Below, in pieces: positions 46,673 to 56,434 of a DNA stretch of 64,000 bases. Numbering within the stretch: the stretch's first letter is position 1; the number at the start of each line of letters is the position of its first letter. Origin of the DNA: a candidate division FCPU426 bacterium. GTDB lineage: Bacteria > Oederibacteriota > PGYV01 > Palsa-1178. The notes below the pieces were generated by a model. That model did no database searches. It was not told the origin of the DNA and saw nothing but the letters and a program-made list of their open reading frames with translations. The DNA lies in assembly GCA_003159495.1 (NCBI GenBank), contig PLPI01000054.1:8409-72408 (forward strand), in the 5' to 3' direction. A program made the translations under genes and the position numbers.

Positions 46673-47287
46673 TTAGAAAAAGCGGCGGACGCCGAGCTTG
46701 TATATAAGGTACGGGTTGCCGGCGTTGAAATCATTTTCAGCAGAGGGGTTCGAGTTATAACTGAAAAAGACAGCGGTGCTTTCTATGAACAAAAGCGTGT
46801 CTTCGGTTATTTTGGAACGCATTCCAAAAATGGGGTTGAAAAATCCAACAAGTATGGTCCTGTTGCCGTTTAAGGCGGCGTTAACCCCGAGGCCGGCGTA
46901 AAAGTATTCATGAAAATCATAATAAAAGTTCAGTTCCGTAAGGCCGGCTATATCGCCGCCAGGAAGATAAACAGCGCCGACAAATATTGAAGCCCGGGTG
47001 TTGCGTGTTATAACCCTGTTGTATGTAATGCCGGGTATTGCCAGGGTATCAAGGCCGATGTCAATTCCTATCGCCTGGGTATAGTGAAGCGCCGGCTGGG
47101 GAGTCGGCACGGGGGTGTTTATCACGGATTGATCCGGTGTTTCCGCCGGAGTTGCTGTCTGTGATGCTGTTTCCACCGCGTTGTTTTCCCGTGAAGCGTC
47201 ATAAGCATAAGCGGGGATGGAAGAAATAAACAAGGCGGTTGTAATTAATAATGCGGTTAAAGCCGTTGTCTTTGACATTTTACACAC
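46673..47287 (-). CDS. Outer-membrane beta-barrel-like hypothetical protein
   Basis: Signal peptide, alternating beta-strand pattern, C-terminal RRFF. Confidence 0.45.
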   Translation of the reverse strand: MCKMSKTTALTALLITTALFISSIPAYAYDASRENNAVETASQTATPAETPDQSVINTPVPTPQPALHYTQAIGIDIGLDTLAIPGITYNRVITRNTRASIFVGAVYLPGGDIAGLTELNFYYDFHEYFYAGLGVNAALNGNRTILVGFFNPIFGMRSKITEDTLLFIESTAVFFSYNSNPSAENDFNAGNPYLIYKLGVRRFF

Positions 47288-47359
47288 ACTCCGAAAACAG
47301 GTTTTTAGGATCCCGAGCTTTTAATTTTCCACCCATGCTATTTATGATATAATTATATC

Positions 47360-48292
47360 ATGAAAAAAATACTAATTGCCCTGTTTTTTTTATCTTTTTC
47401 CGCCGCCCTGTTTTCCTGGGTTTGTGACGGCTGCCCCGCGGCATATAAATATAATTATGACGGAAGCGACGCGTTTGGCTCTCGAAGTTACCTGCCGGAC
47501 ATGGCATCGGACCTCGAGGACAACCACGGCATAAGGGTCTTTATAAAAATAGACCATGATGCTGAAAAGTATGACACGGAAAGTACGGCGAAAGACTATT
47601 TCAACTCCCTGGATTTCACACCGCAGGACAGGGCCGTTGTTATATTTACCTCGGAAAAGAACCACGAATCATCCATAATGCTTTCGGACAGCTTGAAGAC
47701 TGTTTTCAACGGCAATTACGTGAAAAACCTTCAGGACGACGTTCTGGATTCCCTGCAGGGAAAATGGTACATTGATTACAGGCATGTGCTTGCAAAAGTT
47801 CTGGGTTCTTTTGTTTATATGCTTGAAAAACAAAACATGACTGCTGCGCAGATAGACGACGCCAGGCCGCATATGATTATCGCGGACGACGCGCTTTACA
47901 ATATATCGCTCCTGCCTGTAATAAGGGACATAATCGCCCTTTTTTACATGGAGCCGCTGTCGTTTATATTCTATTTTCCTTTTGTAATGTATTTTCTCAT
48001 GGTCCGATGGGCAGGGTGCGGCGGCGGCAGGATGAGGTTTGTTTTTTCCAACATTATATGGGGCGCATTAATGATATTTTTCGCGGCCCTTATAATCAAC
48101 CGCGTGAATATATATCTTAATGAATATGTTTCGGCGCTGATGATAATATGCGGATTTAACGTACCGGTTTACGCGCTGTTGTACTGGTTTTACAGGGATT
48201 CCATCGGATCCGCGGCGTATAGTTATTTAAATGACGTTACCGGCGGGTTTGACAAACTTAACATATTTGAGGGGAACAGATGGGAAAAATAG
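47360..48292 (+). CDS. Hypothetical membrane-anchored protein (possible TPM-like domain)
   Basis: Signal peptide, ~150-aa soluble domain, then a C-terminal block of TM helices. Confidence 0.35.
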   Translation: MKKILIALFFLSFSAALFSWVCDGCPAAYKYNYDGSDAFGSRSYLPDMASDLEDNHGIRVFIKIDHDAEKYDTESTAKDYFNSLDFTPQDRAVVIFTSEKNHESSIMLSDSLKTVFNGNYVKNLQDDVLDSLQGKWYIDYRHVLAKVLGSFVYMLEKQNMTAAQIDDARPHMIIADDALYNISLLPVIRDIIALFYMEPLSFIFYFPFVMYFLMVRWAGCGGGRMRFVFSNIIWGALMIFFAALIINRVNIYLNEYVSALMIICGFNVPVYALLYWFYRDSIGSAAYSYLNDVTGGFDKLNIFEGNRWEK

Positions 48293-48365
48293 CGGTTCCG
48301 GATTCCGGTTTTTCCGGAGCTGAAACGGAAAGGCTTCCATGGAATATAAATAAGAGGGTGAAAAA

Positions 48366-50561
48366 ATGAAATATTTGAAGCTGGCCGTGTTCGCAAATGT
48401 GGAGGGATTTTTAACGTATTCATATTCCGGGGAAGAGAAGGGGATAACAGGCTGCAGGGTCAGCGTCCCGCTCGGAAAAAAAACAGCGACCGGCGTTGTA
48501 ATATCATGCATGGACAGGCCCGATATCCCGGCTGAAAAAGTAAAAGAAATTAACAGGGTGCTGGATATTTATCCCGTCCTGACCGCGGAAATGATAAAGC
48601 TCGGGTTGTGGGTATCGTCTTATTACCTCTGCGCCCCGGGAATCGTGTTTTCAACCATGCTGGCGCCGCTTTACAGGGTGGCATCGGACGGCATATTAAA
48701 ACTGACCGGAGCCGTCGGAAAATTTGATGGCGCGGCCGGGGAGATAATCAATTACCTTAAGGCAAAACCGGGAGGGTGGGCGAAACTTAAGGATGTTAAC
48801 CGCCACCTGAAAGTCAGGGGGCTCAAAAGCGCCATCGCGGCCCTTGCAAAAGCCGGAGTAATAGCCATATCCGAAAAGGAAAAGACAAAAGGGATAAAAA
48901 ACAAAAGGGAAAAACCCGCATCCATGCCGGAAGAGGCCGCGGCAGATATCGTGTTGAATGCGGAGCAGGCCGGCGCGGTAATGCAGATTTCCGGGGCCAT
49001 ATCGGAGGGAAAGCACAAAACATTCCTGCTCTTCGGCGCAACCGGATCCGGCAAGACAGAGGTTTATATCAGAACGGTAAAAAAGGCGCTCTCCGCGGGG
49101 CTTGACTGCATAGTGCTGGTACCGGAAATATTTTTGACGCCGCAGACAGTTTCAAGGTTCAGCTCGGTTTTCAGGGAAAATGTGGCAATTTATCACAGCG
49201 GCCTGAAGCCTTCGGAGCGGATGCACGAGTGGGAAAGGATAAAAAACGGCGGGGCGCATGTTGTCGTGGGGACAAGGTCGGCGGTATTCGCGCCGCTTAA
49301 AAAATTGGGGCTTATAATAGTGGACGAGGAATTTGACACTTCGTATAAACAGGAGAACGATCCGAGATATTCGGCGAGGGATACGGCCGTTTACAGGGCT
49401 TCCATTAATTCCGCGGTCGCGGTGGTGGGAAGCGCAACCCCGTCGGTTGAGTCGTTTTATAACGCGCAGAGCGGAAAATATACAATGCTCAGGCTGCACG
49501 ACAGGGTAATGGGAAGGCCGATGCCGAATATACATGTCGTGGACCTTAAGACGGACCTCAACAAAAGCAGGGATTTATTTTTCTCGGACGAATTCATAAG
49601 GCAGATGAGGGAGGCTGTAGAGGCGGGCGAACAGGCCATTTTATTTATCAACCGCAGGGGTTATTCCGGTTATAATTACTGCCCGGAATGCGGCCATATA
49701 GAGAAATGCGTGAATTGCGACATACCTCTTGTTTACCACAGCCACACGGGGAGCCTGAAGTGCCATTACTGCGGTTTTGAGAAAAAAACAGTATTGATAT
49801 GCCCGGCGTGCGGAAAGCCTGTTTTTTACAAGGGCGCCGGAACGCAGAGGGTTGAGGATGTTGTATCAAAATTTTTTCCCGATAAGAAAATAGAACGGGT
49901 GGATATTGACACCATGGACGACAGGGAAAGGTACCTGGATGTTTATACCAGGTTAAAGAACAGGGAAATAGACATTCTTGTGGGCACCCAGATGGTGGCG
50001 AAAGGCTTTGATTTTCCCGGGGTGACATTTGTCGGGGTTGTTGCGATAGATGCCGTGTTGAACCTGCCGGACTTCAGGTCCGAGGAGAGGGTTTTTCAGC
50101 TGCTGATGCAGGTTGCCGGAAGGGCGGGAAGGGGGGACAAACCGGGCAGGGTTGTCATCCAGACATTTAACCCGGAAAATCCGGCTATAGCGGACGTTAA
50201 GGCATACAGGACCGAGGAGTTCCTGACGGCCCAGTTAAAACTGCGCAAAGAGGCGGGGTATCCGCCCTTTAAAAAAATGGTCCAGGTTATAATACAGGAT
50301 GTCTCTTTTGAAACCGCCGTTGATAATGCCATGCGCGCCCTTGAAACAGTAAAGCAGGCGGTAAAAATATCAAAGATAAGGTCAATTGACATACTGGGGC
50401 CTTCAGAGGCTCCTCTTTCGAGGCTGAGGAACAAATACAGGCAGTCGATAATCTTAAGGTCGACTGAAAGGCAGGCGCTTAATATCATCGCGGCGGAACT
50501 TAAAAAACTCGGAAGGTTCATGGATATTTCGGTCACTGTGGACCCCGTAAACACGCTTTAG
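48366..50561 (+). CDS. priA: Primosomal protein N' (replication restart helicase PriA)
   Basis: Walker A GATGSGKTEVY, DEEFD box, Cys4-type zinc-binding region (CPECG...CVNCD...CHYCG...CPACG). Confidence 0.9.
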   Translation: MKYLKLAVFANVEGFLTYSYSGEEKGITGCRVSVPLGKKTATGVVISCMDRPDIPAEKVKEINRVLDIYPVLTAEMIKLGLWVSSYYLCAPGIVFSTMLAPLYRVASDGILKLTGAVGKFDGAAGEIINYLKAKPGGWAKLKDVNRHLKVRGLKSAIAALAKAGVIAISEKEKTKGIKNKREKPASMPEEAAADIVLNAEQAGAVMQISGAISEGKHKTFLLFGATGSGKTEVYIRTVKKALSAGLDCIVLVPEIFLTPQTVSRFSSVFRENVAIYHSGLKPSERMHEWERIKNGGAHVVVGTRSAVFAPLKKLGLIIVDEEFDTSYKQENDPRYSARDTAVYRASINSAVAVVGSATPSVESFYNAQSGKYTMLRLHDRVMGRPMPNIHVVDLKTDLNKSRDLFFSDEFIRQMREAVEAGEQAILFINRRGYSGYNYCPECGHIEKCVNCDIPLVYHSHTGSLKCHYCGFEKKTVLICPACGKPVFYKGAGTQRVEDVVSKFFPDKKIERVDIDTMDDRERYLDVYTRLKNREIDILVGTQMVAKGFDFPGVTFVGVVAIDAVLNLPDFRSEERVFQLLMQVAGRAGRGDKPGRVVIQTFNPENPAIADVKAYRTEEFLTAQLKLRKEAGYPPFKKMVQVIIQDVSFETAVDNAMRALETVKQAVKISKIRSIDILGPSEAPLSRLRNKYRQSIILRSTERQALNIIAAELKKLGRFMDISVTVDPVNTL

Positions 50562-50568
50562 GCCCGGT

Positions 50569-52323
50569 ATGTTTAAATTCCCGGAAAACCCGGCCGCCCG
50601 GGCGGCGGTTGTTGCGCTGTTAACCATTCCGTTTTTTTATCTTTATTTATCCGCGTCTCCGCCCGCTTTTAATAACAACGATTCTCCCGAGACAATAACC
50701 GCGTGCTATACCCTTGATATAATGCATCCGCCGGGATACCCCCTTTATGCCATGGCCGGCAGGCTTTTTACATTTATTCCGGCGGGTTCGGCCGCGTTCA
50801 GGGTGCACATCATGTCGGCGTTTTTTGCCATGCTGGCGCTGGCCGTTATTTTTGAAATATCCGCGGGGGAGCCTTTTGCCCTGATCCTTCTGGGGCTTGC
50901 GCCGGTCTTTATGGCGCAGGCGGCCGACGCCAAAGGCGGGATTTACACGCTGAATATGCTGTTCCTTGCGCTTGTAATACTGCTCTGCCAAAAAATGAGC
51001 CGGGAATTCAGGAACAAAGAGATGTATCTTGCCGCATTCATCCTCGGGCTTTCTCTCGCAAACCACTGGCCGAGCACCGTTGTTATCGCGCCGGCGGTTG
51101 TGCTGCAGCTTTTTTTTAACAGGAAACAAATTACCATTCGCGCGTTGTCGGCCGCTTTTTTTCTGTTTTTAACAGGGCTCACCCCGTATATTTATCTGCC
51201 AATAAGGGCGGCGGCCAATCCGGAAATGAATTTCGGGAACCCGGGGACAATGGAAGGATTTTTATGGGTGGTTTTAAGGCGGGGTTACATTCAGCCCGGA
51301 ACAACAACAAAAATTATTTTTATGCAGCTTGTGAGATTTCTGAATGTCATGGCCGGGAGCTTTTCATTTTTTCTGTTATTCGCGGCGGCGGGCATATATC
51401 ATTTAAGGAAACAACCGCGCATGCTGGCGGTGCCGGCGCTGATATTTTTGTGCAATTTTTTTGCCGTTGTTTTTTTTAACACCAGCATGCCTGAAAATAT
51501 TGGGCTGGCCGATATTTTCTTGATGCCGTCGCTGCTGGTGACGGCGCTTTTTGTATCTTACGGGATTTCAGCTTCGATAAAAAAATTAAAGGGCAATACC
51601 GCCCGGACCCTTGCAGCCTCTGCATGCGCCGTCATGATATTTTCCGGCGCGGTCAGTTATGAAAAGATAAGCTGCAACCGTAATTATACCGCATATGATT
51701 ACGGCATAAACATCCTTGAGACAATGGAAGAAGGGGCGCTTTACATCCCGGAGGGGGATTCGAACCTTTACCCGCTTTATTACTTAAGGGGCGTTGAGAA
51801 GAAGAGGCGGGACATTATAATAATGCCGGTTACGGATATAGCCTATAAATGGTTCAGGGGAAATATGGCGGAAAAATACGGCAGGCTTTATCCTGACATT
51901 TTCGGTGAGCCGGATAAAAATCCCGCCGATTACATACACGCAATTGTCTTATCGCCGGAAATAAGGGACAAATACAGGAGTTACTACAATCAGAAATACG
52001 CATCCCTTTTTACTTTTTCGGGAAGCCGGGAACAAAAGGGCGTATTGATAAAATTTACGGGGCGGCCCGCAGTCCAGCCGTACTGTGATTTCAGCATTTA
52101 TTCATACCGGGGGATATTTGACGGACCCGGTTTTAAGCCGGATGGTTACAATTATTATTACGATAAAATGGTTTCGGCGTGGTACGCAGCCTCCATTTTT
52201 AATCAGGCAATGGAGCTCAAAAGAGACGGAAACGGCAGCGCGGCGGGAATGCTGCTTGCCGAGTCAATGCGTTTCCCGCAAATTGATGCGGCCCTGAAAA
52301 GCGGCCTCGCGGGGCGGTACTGA
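50569..52323 (+). CDS. DUF2723-like polytopic membrane protein (putative GT-C-fold glycosyltransferase) with a C-terminal TPR-like region
   Basis: N-terminal DSPE...MHPPGYPLY motif characteristic of DUF2723/TMEM260-type proteins. At least 10 TM helices. Confidence 0.55.
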   Translation: MFKFPENPAARAAVVALLTIPFFYLYLSASPPAFNNNDSPETITACYTLDIMHPPGYPLYAMAGRLFTFIPAGSAAFRVHIMSAFFAMLALAVIFEISAGEPFALILLGLAPVFMAQAADAKGGIYTLNMLFLALVILLCQKMSREFRNKEMYLAAFILGLSLANHWPSTVVIAPAVVLQLFFNRKQITIRALSAAFFLFLTGLTPYIYLPIRAAANPEMNFGNPGTMEGFLWVVLRRGYIQPGTTTKIIFMQLVRFLNVMAGSFSFFLLFAAAGIYHLRKQPRMLAVPALIFLCNFFAVVFFNTSMPENIGLADIFLMPSLLVTALFVSYGISASIKKLKGNTARTLAASACAVMIFSGAVSYEKISCNRNYTAYDYGINILETMEEGALYIPEGDSNLYPLYYLRGVEKKRRDIIIMPVTDIAYKWFRGNMAEKYGRLYPDIFGEPDKNPADYIHAIVLSPEIRDKYRSYYNQKYASLFTFSGSREQKGVLIKFTGRPAVQPYCDFSIYSYRGIFDGPGFKPDGYNYYYDKMVSAWYAASIFNQAMELKRDGNGSAAGMLLAESMRFPQIDAALKSGLAGRY

Positions 52324-53060
52324 TGAAAAAAACGCTTGCCGGAAAAAAGGACGCGTTCGGGCTCGGACTGCTTGAATATATGGAAAAAGGAACCAGCAGC
52401 GAGATAATAGAGCGCGAAGACGGGGTTATGTTCTATGCATATAACGGGGAATATTTCACGCCGTATAAAAAATGGCCTTATTATGAAAAACAGGCAATTA
52501 AATACGCCGCCGGCAGGGTCCTCGACATAGGGTGCGGAGCCGGGCGCCACGCAGTTTACCTTCAGCAAAAAGGGATGGATGTGTTGGGGATAGACAATTC
52601 ACCGCTGGCGGCCGAGATTAGCAGAAAAAGGGGGGTCAGGAAGGTAAAAAAAATGGATATTGAAAAAATCACGCCGAAGCTCGGCAGATTCGGTACAATT
52701 CTCATGCTGGGAAACAATTTCGGGCTTTTCCAGAATAAAAAAAGAATGAAAAAAATACTCGGCGTGCTTTATAAAATGACCGCGGACGACGCGGTTATTA
52801 TAGCCGAAACAATGGACCCCCACAGGCTGCCGGGCTCCGGGCAGGGTGAATATGTAAAACGCAACGTTGAGTCGGGCCGGCCGGCCGGTTTTGTCAGGAT
52901 GCGCATATTAATAAGGGAAGTTATCGGGCCGTGGTTTGATTATCTTTATGTATCAAAAAAAGAAATGGTGGAAATGCTTGAGGGTACGCCGTGGCGCGTA
53001 AAAAGATTCTTTGGCTGTATTATGCCTTCATATACCGCGGTCATTGAAAAACGCAGGTAA
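52323..53060 (+). CDS. Class I SAM-dependent methyltransferase
   Basis: VLDIGCGAGRHAVYL motif I. Start overlaps the upstream gene's stop. Confidence 0.75.
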   Translation: MKKTLAGKKDAFGLGLLEYMEKGTSSEIIEREDGVMFYAYNGEYFTPYKKWPYYEKQAIKYAAGRVLDIGCGAGRHAVYLQQKGMDVLGIDNSPLAAEISRKRGVRKVKKMDIEKITPKLGRFGTILMLGNNFGLFQNKKRMKKILGVLYKMTADDAVIIAETMDPHRLPGSGQGEYVKRNVESGRPAGFVRMRILIREVIGPWFDYLYVSKKEMVEMLEGTPWRVKRFFGCIMPSYTAVIEKRR

Positions 53061-53164
53061 ATTTTGGGGCCGTAAAGCGGGTTTTTTATCCACTGAGGGG
53101 TATTTCAGGCAACACAGGGGCCGTTAAATGTGATATAATAAAATTTAAGATAAAAAATCAGGAG

Positions 53165-53422
53165 ATGTATATGGCAAAATGTCCAGGATATCCGAAAAAG
53201 GCGGCTTCGCTGTGGGGAAGCAGCCCGTCAAAGTCTTTGTTCTTTTGCTGCTGTGGTTCGTCCAAGATAAAAATCATGTCGCCAGGGCCGACTTATGAGC
53301 AGAAGAAATCAGGCATACCGGTGACCGAAGCTGCCGCGGGCCTCGTTATTTCATGCCCGAAATGCCACGTGAAGCACAAACTGAAAAGCGCGGCCCCGGG
53401 GTTTGATATTATACATCTGTAG
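53165..53422 (+). CDS. Small Cys-rich (zinc-ribbon-like) hypothetical protein
   Basis: CPG...CCCG...CPKC arrangement in 85 aa. Weak call. Confidence 0.3.
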   Translation: MYMAKCPGYPKKAASLWGSSPSKSLFFCCCGSSKIKIMSPGPTYEQKKSGIPVTEAAAGLVISCPKCHVKHKLKSAAPGFDIIHL

Positions 53423-53493
53423 AAGCAGCGGAATCGATTTTAAGGCGGTTTAAAATTTTGAAATAATATTCATTTTTATTTACGGAGGGAATT

Positions 53494-53883
53494 GTGGCAA
53501 AAGCTGAGGGGAAGAGTTATAAGTTCGACGGCGAGTCAAAAATAGATACGACAGTACTTGAAACCATAGGTTATGACGGCGAAGAACAGTCCATTGAATA
53601 TACAACAAATGAATTTTCCTCGGTGTGCCCCTTTTCCGGACTTCCCGATTTTGCTAAAGTAACAATAAAGTATATTCCTGCCGGAAAAATAGTCGAACTA
53701 AAATCCCTGAAATATTATTTTATTTCATTCCGCAATGTCGGCATCTACCAGGAAAAAGCGACCGACCGGATATTCAAGGATATTTACTCCCTTCTGAAAC
53801 CAAAATATATGATGGCGGAAACAATTTACAATACCCGCGGCGGGATTGACTCGAAATGTTTTATTGAAAAGGGAAAGAAATAA
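53494..53883 (+). CDS. queF: NADPH-dependent 7-cyano-7-deazaguanine (preQ0) reductase
   Basis: Type I QueF motif E(F/Y)xSxCP (TNEFSSVCPFSGLPDF), T-fold, 129 aa. GTG start with RBS GGAGGG. Confidence 0.85.
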   Translation: MAKAEGKSYKFDGESKIDTTVLETIGYDGEEQSIEYTTNEFSSVCPFSGLPDFAKVTIKYIPAGKIVELKSLKYYFISFRNVGIYQEKATDRIFKDIYSLLKPKYMMAETIYNTRGGIDSKCFIEKGKK

Positions 53884-53947
53884 GGCAAACTGCAGTTAAA
53901 AGCGGAAAGATTATCCTGCCGGAATTAAATAAATAAGAGGGACTCAT

Positions 53948-55528
53948 ATGAAAAAAACATTAATAGCCTTATTATTGCCCCTATTATTCCTCTCCTGTGT
54001 GAAAAATGAACCTTCCACGGAACAAAAGCTTTCGTCGGAAAACAGGCAGGCGGTTCTATCCGGGCTCACCGATATGTGGCGCAAAAACGACGCGGTAAAC
54101 ATGGCCTCCGCGGCGGTTCTGCTTGATAAAAAAGATACAGGTGAGCAGGCGGCGTTCGCGCTTTCAAACATTTCCGCTCCGGCCGTAAATAATATTGTGC
54201 TTTCCGGCATGAATGACGGGAAAGACAACGACGCCAGGCTGCTTTATTATTGCCTGTCATTTAAAACACATCCCGTGGACGATTTTATTGTTTCACGCTC
54301 GGCCGCGCATTACGGGAAATATAAAGGGGAAGCGCTAACTGCGATTAATCTCATCGCCGGCGGGCAGGATACGGCGCTGAAGGCGGCGGCCTCGTTTGAA
54401 AAGAAAAAGATATTTTTAAATCCGGCGCTTTCACGGGAATTTATACTCAGGATAGGCGAACAAAGATATCCGCGCCTTTATGATTTTCTCTCTTCCGTTT
54501 ATCTCACCCACAGGGAACTGCGCCCTTTTGCCGCATGGGCAATGCACAGGATAAAAAAATCCGGCCGGATAAAATACGACTTTAAAGACAGGGTGATTGT
54601 AAAAAACGGTTATTTCAGCAAAGATTCCAATAATCCGGTTATTCCTACGTCGGCCGGGACGTACAAAGCGTGGCATACCGCGAACCCCGACATACTTGTT
54701 AAAGACGACGAACTGTACTTTTACTACAGGACCGGTAACGGGACGGACAGGATATCGCTGATGACGGTGCCTTTACAAATATTTAACGGGACAAATATGC
54801 TGGATTATCCGAATAATCCGATAATAGGGACGTCGCAGAAGGGTTTTGACAGCAGGGGGGTGCTCGACCCGTCGGCAGTCGTTTTTAACGGTAAAATATT
54901 TCTTTATTACAGCGGGCTCGGCGACGGCGAGGACTCGGTAGGGCTGGCGGTTTCAAAGGACGGGAATAATTTCACAAAATATGAAAAAAACCCGGTTTTA
55001 ACCGGAAGGGCCCCGGATGTCATCATTAAAGACGGGATACTTTACATGTATTATGTGGTGGTTAACGAGGCAGAAGGTTATTCAATATACCTTGCTACAT
55101 CAAGCGATGGTTATAATTTTATTCCTTTCGGGACATCGCCGGTATTCGCGCCGGACGATACGCCGGGGGCGTGGGACGGTAAAAGCGTGACAACTCCCAG
55201 GATAACTGAAAAGGACGGCGTCTATTACATGCTATATTGCGGGGATGACAAATACAGGGATTATCCGCCGTTTTTCGGGCTGGCATTCTCATATGACATG
55301 ATACACTGGTACAGGTCGACGCAGAACCCGGTATTTTCCAGGGGAAAGAAAAACGATTTTGACGACGGCGCCATATGGTTCGGCGACCTTTTCCCGTATA
55401 ACAACAAATGGTACCTGTATTATGAAGGCTGGGGCGGCGGCGCGAGCCACGGTTCCGAATACGGAGCCGGAGGCCACTCGCAGATAGGGATGGCTACCGG
55501 GGAATTTGATATAGCGCAGATGCTTTAA
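53948..55528 (+). CDS. Lipoprotein with N-terminal helical repeats and a C-terminal five-bladed beta-propeller glycosidase-like domain (GH43/GH130-like)
   Basis: Lipobox LLFLSC. C-terminal half has repeated D-P/G-x-hydrophobic-x-x-x-G-x-hydrophobic-Y-hydrophobic-Y-Y blocks typical of furanosidase-superfamily propellers. Confidence 0.45.
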   Translation: MKKTLIALLLPLLFLSCVKNEPSTEQKLSSENRQAVLSGLTDMWRKNDAVNMASAAVLLDKKDTGEQAAFALSNISAPAVNNIVLSGMNDGKDNDARLLYYCLSFKTHPVDDFIVSRSAAHYGKYKGEALTAINLIAGGQDTALKAAASFEKKKIFLNPALSREFILRIGEQRYPRLYDFLSSVYLTHRELRPFAAWAMHRIKKSGRIKYDFKDRVIVKNGYFSKDSNNPVIPTSAGTYKAWHTANPDILVKDDELYFYYRTGNGTDRISLMTVPLQIFNGTNMLDYPNNPIIGTSQKGFDSRGVLDPSAVVFNGKIFLYYSGLGDGEDSVGLAVSKDGNNFTKYEKNPVLTGRAPDVIIKDGILYMYYVVVNEAEGYSIYLATSSDGYNFIPFGTSPVFAPDDTPGAWDGKSVTTPRITEKDGVYYMLYCGDDKYRDYPPFFGLAFSYDMIHWYRSTQNPVFSRGKKNDFDDGAIWFGDLFPYNNKWYLYYEGWGGGASHGSEYGAGGHSQIGMATGEFDIAQML

Positions 55529-55532
55529 TAAT

Positions 55533-55686
55533 TTAAAATTTAAAAGGCAAAACCAAGAATTGCAATTTAACCCCATATAATTAATAAATTTATGTTGTTA
55601 TTTTTGTTGATTTTTAAGCGTCTCACCCGGTTTTGAACGGCAGAAAACAGCCGCTCTACTTTTTGGTTTATAATTTTAATTTTTGC
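55533..55686. repeat. Inverted pair of T-motif copies (55533-55570 reverse; 55654-55686 forward) bracketing about 85 bp, a MITE-like arrangement
   Basis: The reverse complement of 55533-55570 is aattgcaattcttggttttgccttttaaattttaaat; 55654-55686 is ctctactttttggtttataattttaatttttg. Confidence 0.45.
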
Positions 55687-55690
55687 GTTT

Positions 55691-55714
55691 CAGAATCCGG
55701 TTTTCCGGATTCTG
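55691..55714. terminator. Perfect 10-bp stem hairpin between convergent genes
   Basis: cagaatccgg-tttt-ccggattctg. Flanking T/A runs are weak. Confidence 0.4.
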
Positions 55715-55717
55715 AAT

Positions 55718-56434
55718 TTACCAGGGCAGTATCTTGCGTTCCTTATAAAACAACCCCGACTTCAGTTTTGACGCGTCTTCCGTGGCCAGCCAGACTGGGG
55801 TGTCAATGCCTTCGGGAATCTCAAGCATTGCGTTGGGGCCGCCGAGGTCGGTTTTTACCCAGCCCGGATCAACCGCGTATATTTTAACTTTTGTGTCCTT
55901 TAAATGGTCGGCAAATGCCCAGGTCAGCTGGTTTACGGCGGTTTTTGAAATTGAATATGAAATGTGCGGCCCCATCCTTGGTACGGAAAGCTGGGCCAGG
56001 CCCGAGGAGAAATTAATTATCCTGGCGTCCGCTGATTTCTTCAGAAGGGGCAAAAATTTTGATATCATCCAGAGCGTGCCGCGCAGATTGATGTTCATTA
56101 TTTTTTCAAAAAGTTTCAGGTTTATGGTTTCTATCTTTGTTTCCAGCGGTTCGGAATTTATGCCGGCGTTATTTACAAGGACGTCGATAACAGGATGTTT
56201 TTTTGATATGTCCGTAAAGGCCCTGTTTATGCTTCCGATTTTTTCCACATCGCATTCAACAAACTCAACATTGAGCCCCTTTGCCTTTAAGGCTGCGACG
56301 GACCTTGAACCGCTCTTTCTCTCCCTGCAGGCCATTATAACCAGGGCCCCTAACGACGCAAATTTTTCCGACATAGCAAACCCCATGCCGCGCGTGGCGC
56401 CTGTCACTATTACTGTTTTGCCTTTTAAGTCCAT
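55718..56434 (-). CDS. Short-chain dehydrogenase/reductase (SDR) family oxidoreductase
   Basis: TGATRGMG cofactor-binding motif, catalytic YxxxK (YSISK). Confidence 0.85.
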   Translation of the reverse strand: MDLKGKTVIVTGATRGMGFAMSEKFASLGALVIMACRERKSGSRSVAALKAKGLNVEFVECDVEKIGSINRAFTDISKKHPVIDVLVNNAGINSEPLETKIETINLKLFEKIMNINLRGTLWMISKFLPLLKKSADARIINFSSGLAQLSVPRMGPHISYSISKTAVNQLTWAFADHLKDTKVKIYAVDPGWVKTDLGGPNAMLEIPEGIDTPVWLATEDASKLKSGLFYKERKILPW

